Part shown: positions 61,896 through 64,000 of the stretch, in pieces | Position numbering within the stretch: the stretch's first letter is position 1 | Layout of the letters: each line of letters starts with the position of its first letter | Assembly: GCF_001194135.2 (NCBI RefSeq) | Contig: NC_068981.1 | Coordinates: 62,227,843-62,291,842 of the forward strand | Direction of reading: 5' to 3' | Length of the DNA stretch: 64,000 nt | From: Octopus bimaculoides | Taxonomy: Eukaryota | The notes under the pieces: generated by a model | The model's input: the letters and a program-made list of their open reading frames with translations, nothing else | Database searches by the model: none | What the model was told of the DNA's origin: nothing | Made by a program: the position numbers and the translations under genes

Positions 61896-64000
61896 TGTTT
61901 TGTTTAACGTGATTTTTCGTCGCCCTGGTTCACTGTGATTAGTCACGTCGCATCATTACACCGACTATCTTCATTGCCAACTTCACACCAACTCTTTACG
62001 TTGCCAACGACAGTACGCGTTTTTTCAGCAGTTCAAATCGTCTAACGGACAACAGGAACACACAAAACTAAAATCGGTCAGCATGCTTGAAATCTTTTCA
62101 TGTATTTGTTCAACTGTCTACGCTTTCTCCTCTTCCTTAAACTCAGTCAGTCTAACACTGTGGTCTTTTAATACTTTCGTGGTTGCAGCCAGAGACATCT
62201 TTTCCTTCCCAGCCTCTTCGTTTGTACGCACACCTTCAGTTCCATGACGAATAATTGACCTACTGCTGCAATAAAAATCCCTCTTCAGATACGAAATGTT
62301 GCAAAATGCGGTCTCCTGATACAAACACGGCTCCAACAATCAAGTCAGCAGCTGGGAAACCACAGCCCAGCAAGCCAACTTGCTTAGAGCAGAAAGCGTA
62401 GACAGTTGAACAAGAAAAGAATGAAGGATCAACAGAAGTTGCAAGAGGAACAAAAATAGTCCAGGAAAAAATACGTGAATAATTACAGTAGTACTGACAT
62501 GAGGTGAATGATGATGTTACATGGTGCAAGCAATATATAGATGAACCAGTTGAAAACGTTAAACGAGAGAATGGAGGCCGTAGAAGAGTTTTCTTCTGAT
62601 GAGCCTCATGCCGGTGTGAAGTGAGTGTGTGGAAAAGGTGAACATATGCTGAATTTTGAAAATTGCCAAATTTCTCGAGTTGTTTTTCGGGGGTGAGTGT
62701 TCCTGCTGGTGATCAGGAAGTAGTTTTGGATACTGGACTGAACCGTGAGGAACCGGATCCAGCGAAGTGGAAAGCCGCAGTAAGGTTCCCATTAAGATGT
62801 CATAAAAATTTGACGGCAAGGCGTCATGGGAGTCCTATCGTGTCCAGTTTGAGCAGCTAGCTGATCAAAATGGGTGGATCGATAACCAAACAGCAGTTCA
62901 GCTTGCCACTAGTCTGAAGAGTGATGCACTAGAGGTGCTGAGCCAGCTGTCAGTGACAGACAAAAGTTGTTTTTTTTTTCACTAGTTCAAGTGCTACAGA
63001 GACGATATTGTGTCTCAGAGCGAAATATAGAAGGCAAGAGGGGAATCACTACAGCTGCTTGCCCAGGACCTGAAGAGCGTGGCACGTAAGGCCACACTAC
63101 AGCAACACCTGACCTCTTGGCTCTTGTTCGGTAAGAGCAGTTTATTGATGCTCTGGGCAGTGAAGAGCTGAAATTTCAAGTGAATACGCACAACCAAATA
63201 CTGTGCAAGAGGTCCTGGCTAGAGCTCTGGAATTAGAATCATATGTAAAGTCTAGCACAGGAAGATTCCAGGTGGGGTACAGTTCCGGATTCAAAGCAAG
63301 GATTGGGAAACTACGTAAAGCAGGAATATTTAATCAAAGGTGTTGGCACTGCGAGAAGATAGGACATAAAAGAAGTGGCTGTTAGAAGAAGAAAGCACAA
63401 GAGATGGTTGGAGGAATTTTCTGGTATTGTGGAAAGTTAGGACACAAGGAGCAAGATTGTTACAGTCTAAAAAGAGAACAAAAGCGAGACGATAGTAGAA
63501 AGTTTACATTAAGGAGAGAGTACTGGACATGTGGTAATAAGAGACATCAGAGTTTTGACAGCCCTGCAAGAAAGACGAGTTAGAAGGTAACAAAAGATAA
63601 AGGTGAGTCGGGAAACTAGAAGGGGCTGGTATTAAGGGGCCACGGCCCACCGAATAAACCAAAGAAACCCCACCTATGAGAGCATGTAAAAGGACTGAAA
63701 TTGACATCATAAACTTGAATGACGCCCAGAGAGGATTGACGCCCACAGGTGTCTCTTTGTGACTGATTAGGCCACGGAGCAGACATTTGTGAGATCCTAG
63801 ACGTTACAACATCGAGACCTACCAGATTCCTCACAGAAATTGTGTGGTGTTACCGGACACCATACTGAAATGAGGGGACCGGTTAATGTCCCGATTGAAG
63901 TTGCAGCACAAGAGGTCGTGCTTCCTGTCTATGTAGTGGCGATAGAGAACCCATGTTTCTAGGGTCTGGACTACTTGGCGTCTATGAGGTGTCAGCTGGA
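61896..64000 (+). mobile_element. Gypsy/Ty3 LTR retrotransposon 5' part (putative LTR, gag, protease), decayed, runs off the window
   Basis: CpG-rich putative LTR from about 61896 to 62303 with AATAAA at 62270. gag KFDGKASWESYRVQFEQLADQNGW..QLATSL, EQFIDAL, zinc knuckle CWHCEKIGHKRSGC plus two degenerate knuckles. Protease region KLCGVTGH..PCFLGLDYL. The LTR limits are uncertain. Confidence 0.88.

Noticed and set aside
62515-62531. gttaca-TGGTGCAAG as LTR end plus primer-binding site
   Set aside because: It lies within a gag-like reading frame downstream of a better LTR-end candidate (AATAAA 62270, tgttgca 62303). Not fully excluded.

Overview
AT-rich, microsatellite-dense eukaryotic (animal) draft-genome DNA with 11 N-gaps, most of them flanked by (AT)n or (CT)n. 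The SINE and LINE 3'-end families look like those of coleoid cephalopods, probably Octopus; this is recognition from memory, not a database search. The window is mostly decayed transposable elements: three TIR-bounded Tc1/mariner elements of different catalytic types (DD36E, DD34D, DD41D-like), R4/Dong-like RLE LINE pieces, a near-full-length RTE LINE, CR1-group LINE pieces, possible L1/Tx1 fossils, several Penelope-like (GIY-YIG) fragments, tRNA-derived SINEs, a MITE, and the 5' end of a Gypsy LTR element. None of these has an intact ORF. I found no conventional multi-exon host gene. The only host-like coding candidate is a minus-strand signal-peptide plus (Ser-Thr-Ala-Ala)n mucin-like ORF at 2765-3412, interrupted by a gap. 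The most interesting signals are minimal hammerhead-ribozyme-like motifs in Penelope pLTR-type repeats (including a ~600-bp palindrome with one motif in each arm), the STAA-repeat ORF, and the DD36E Tc1 element. All alignments and identities were judged by eye, and most element boundaries are approximate.
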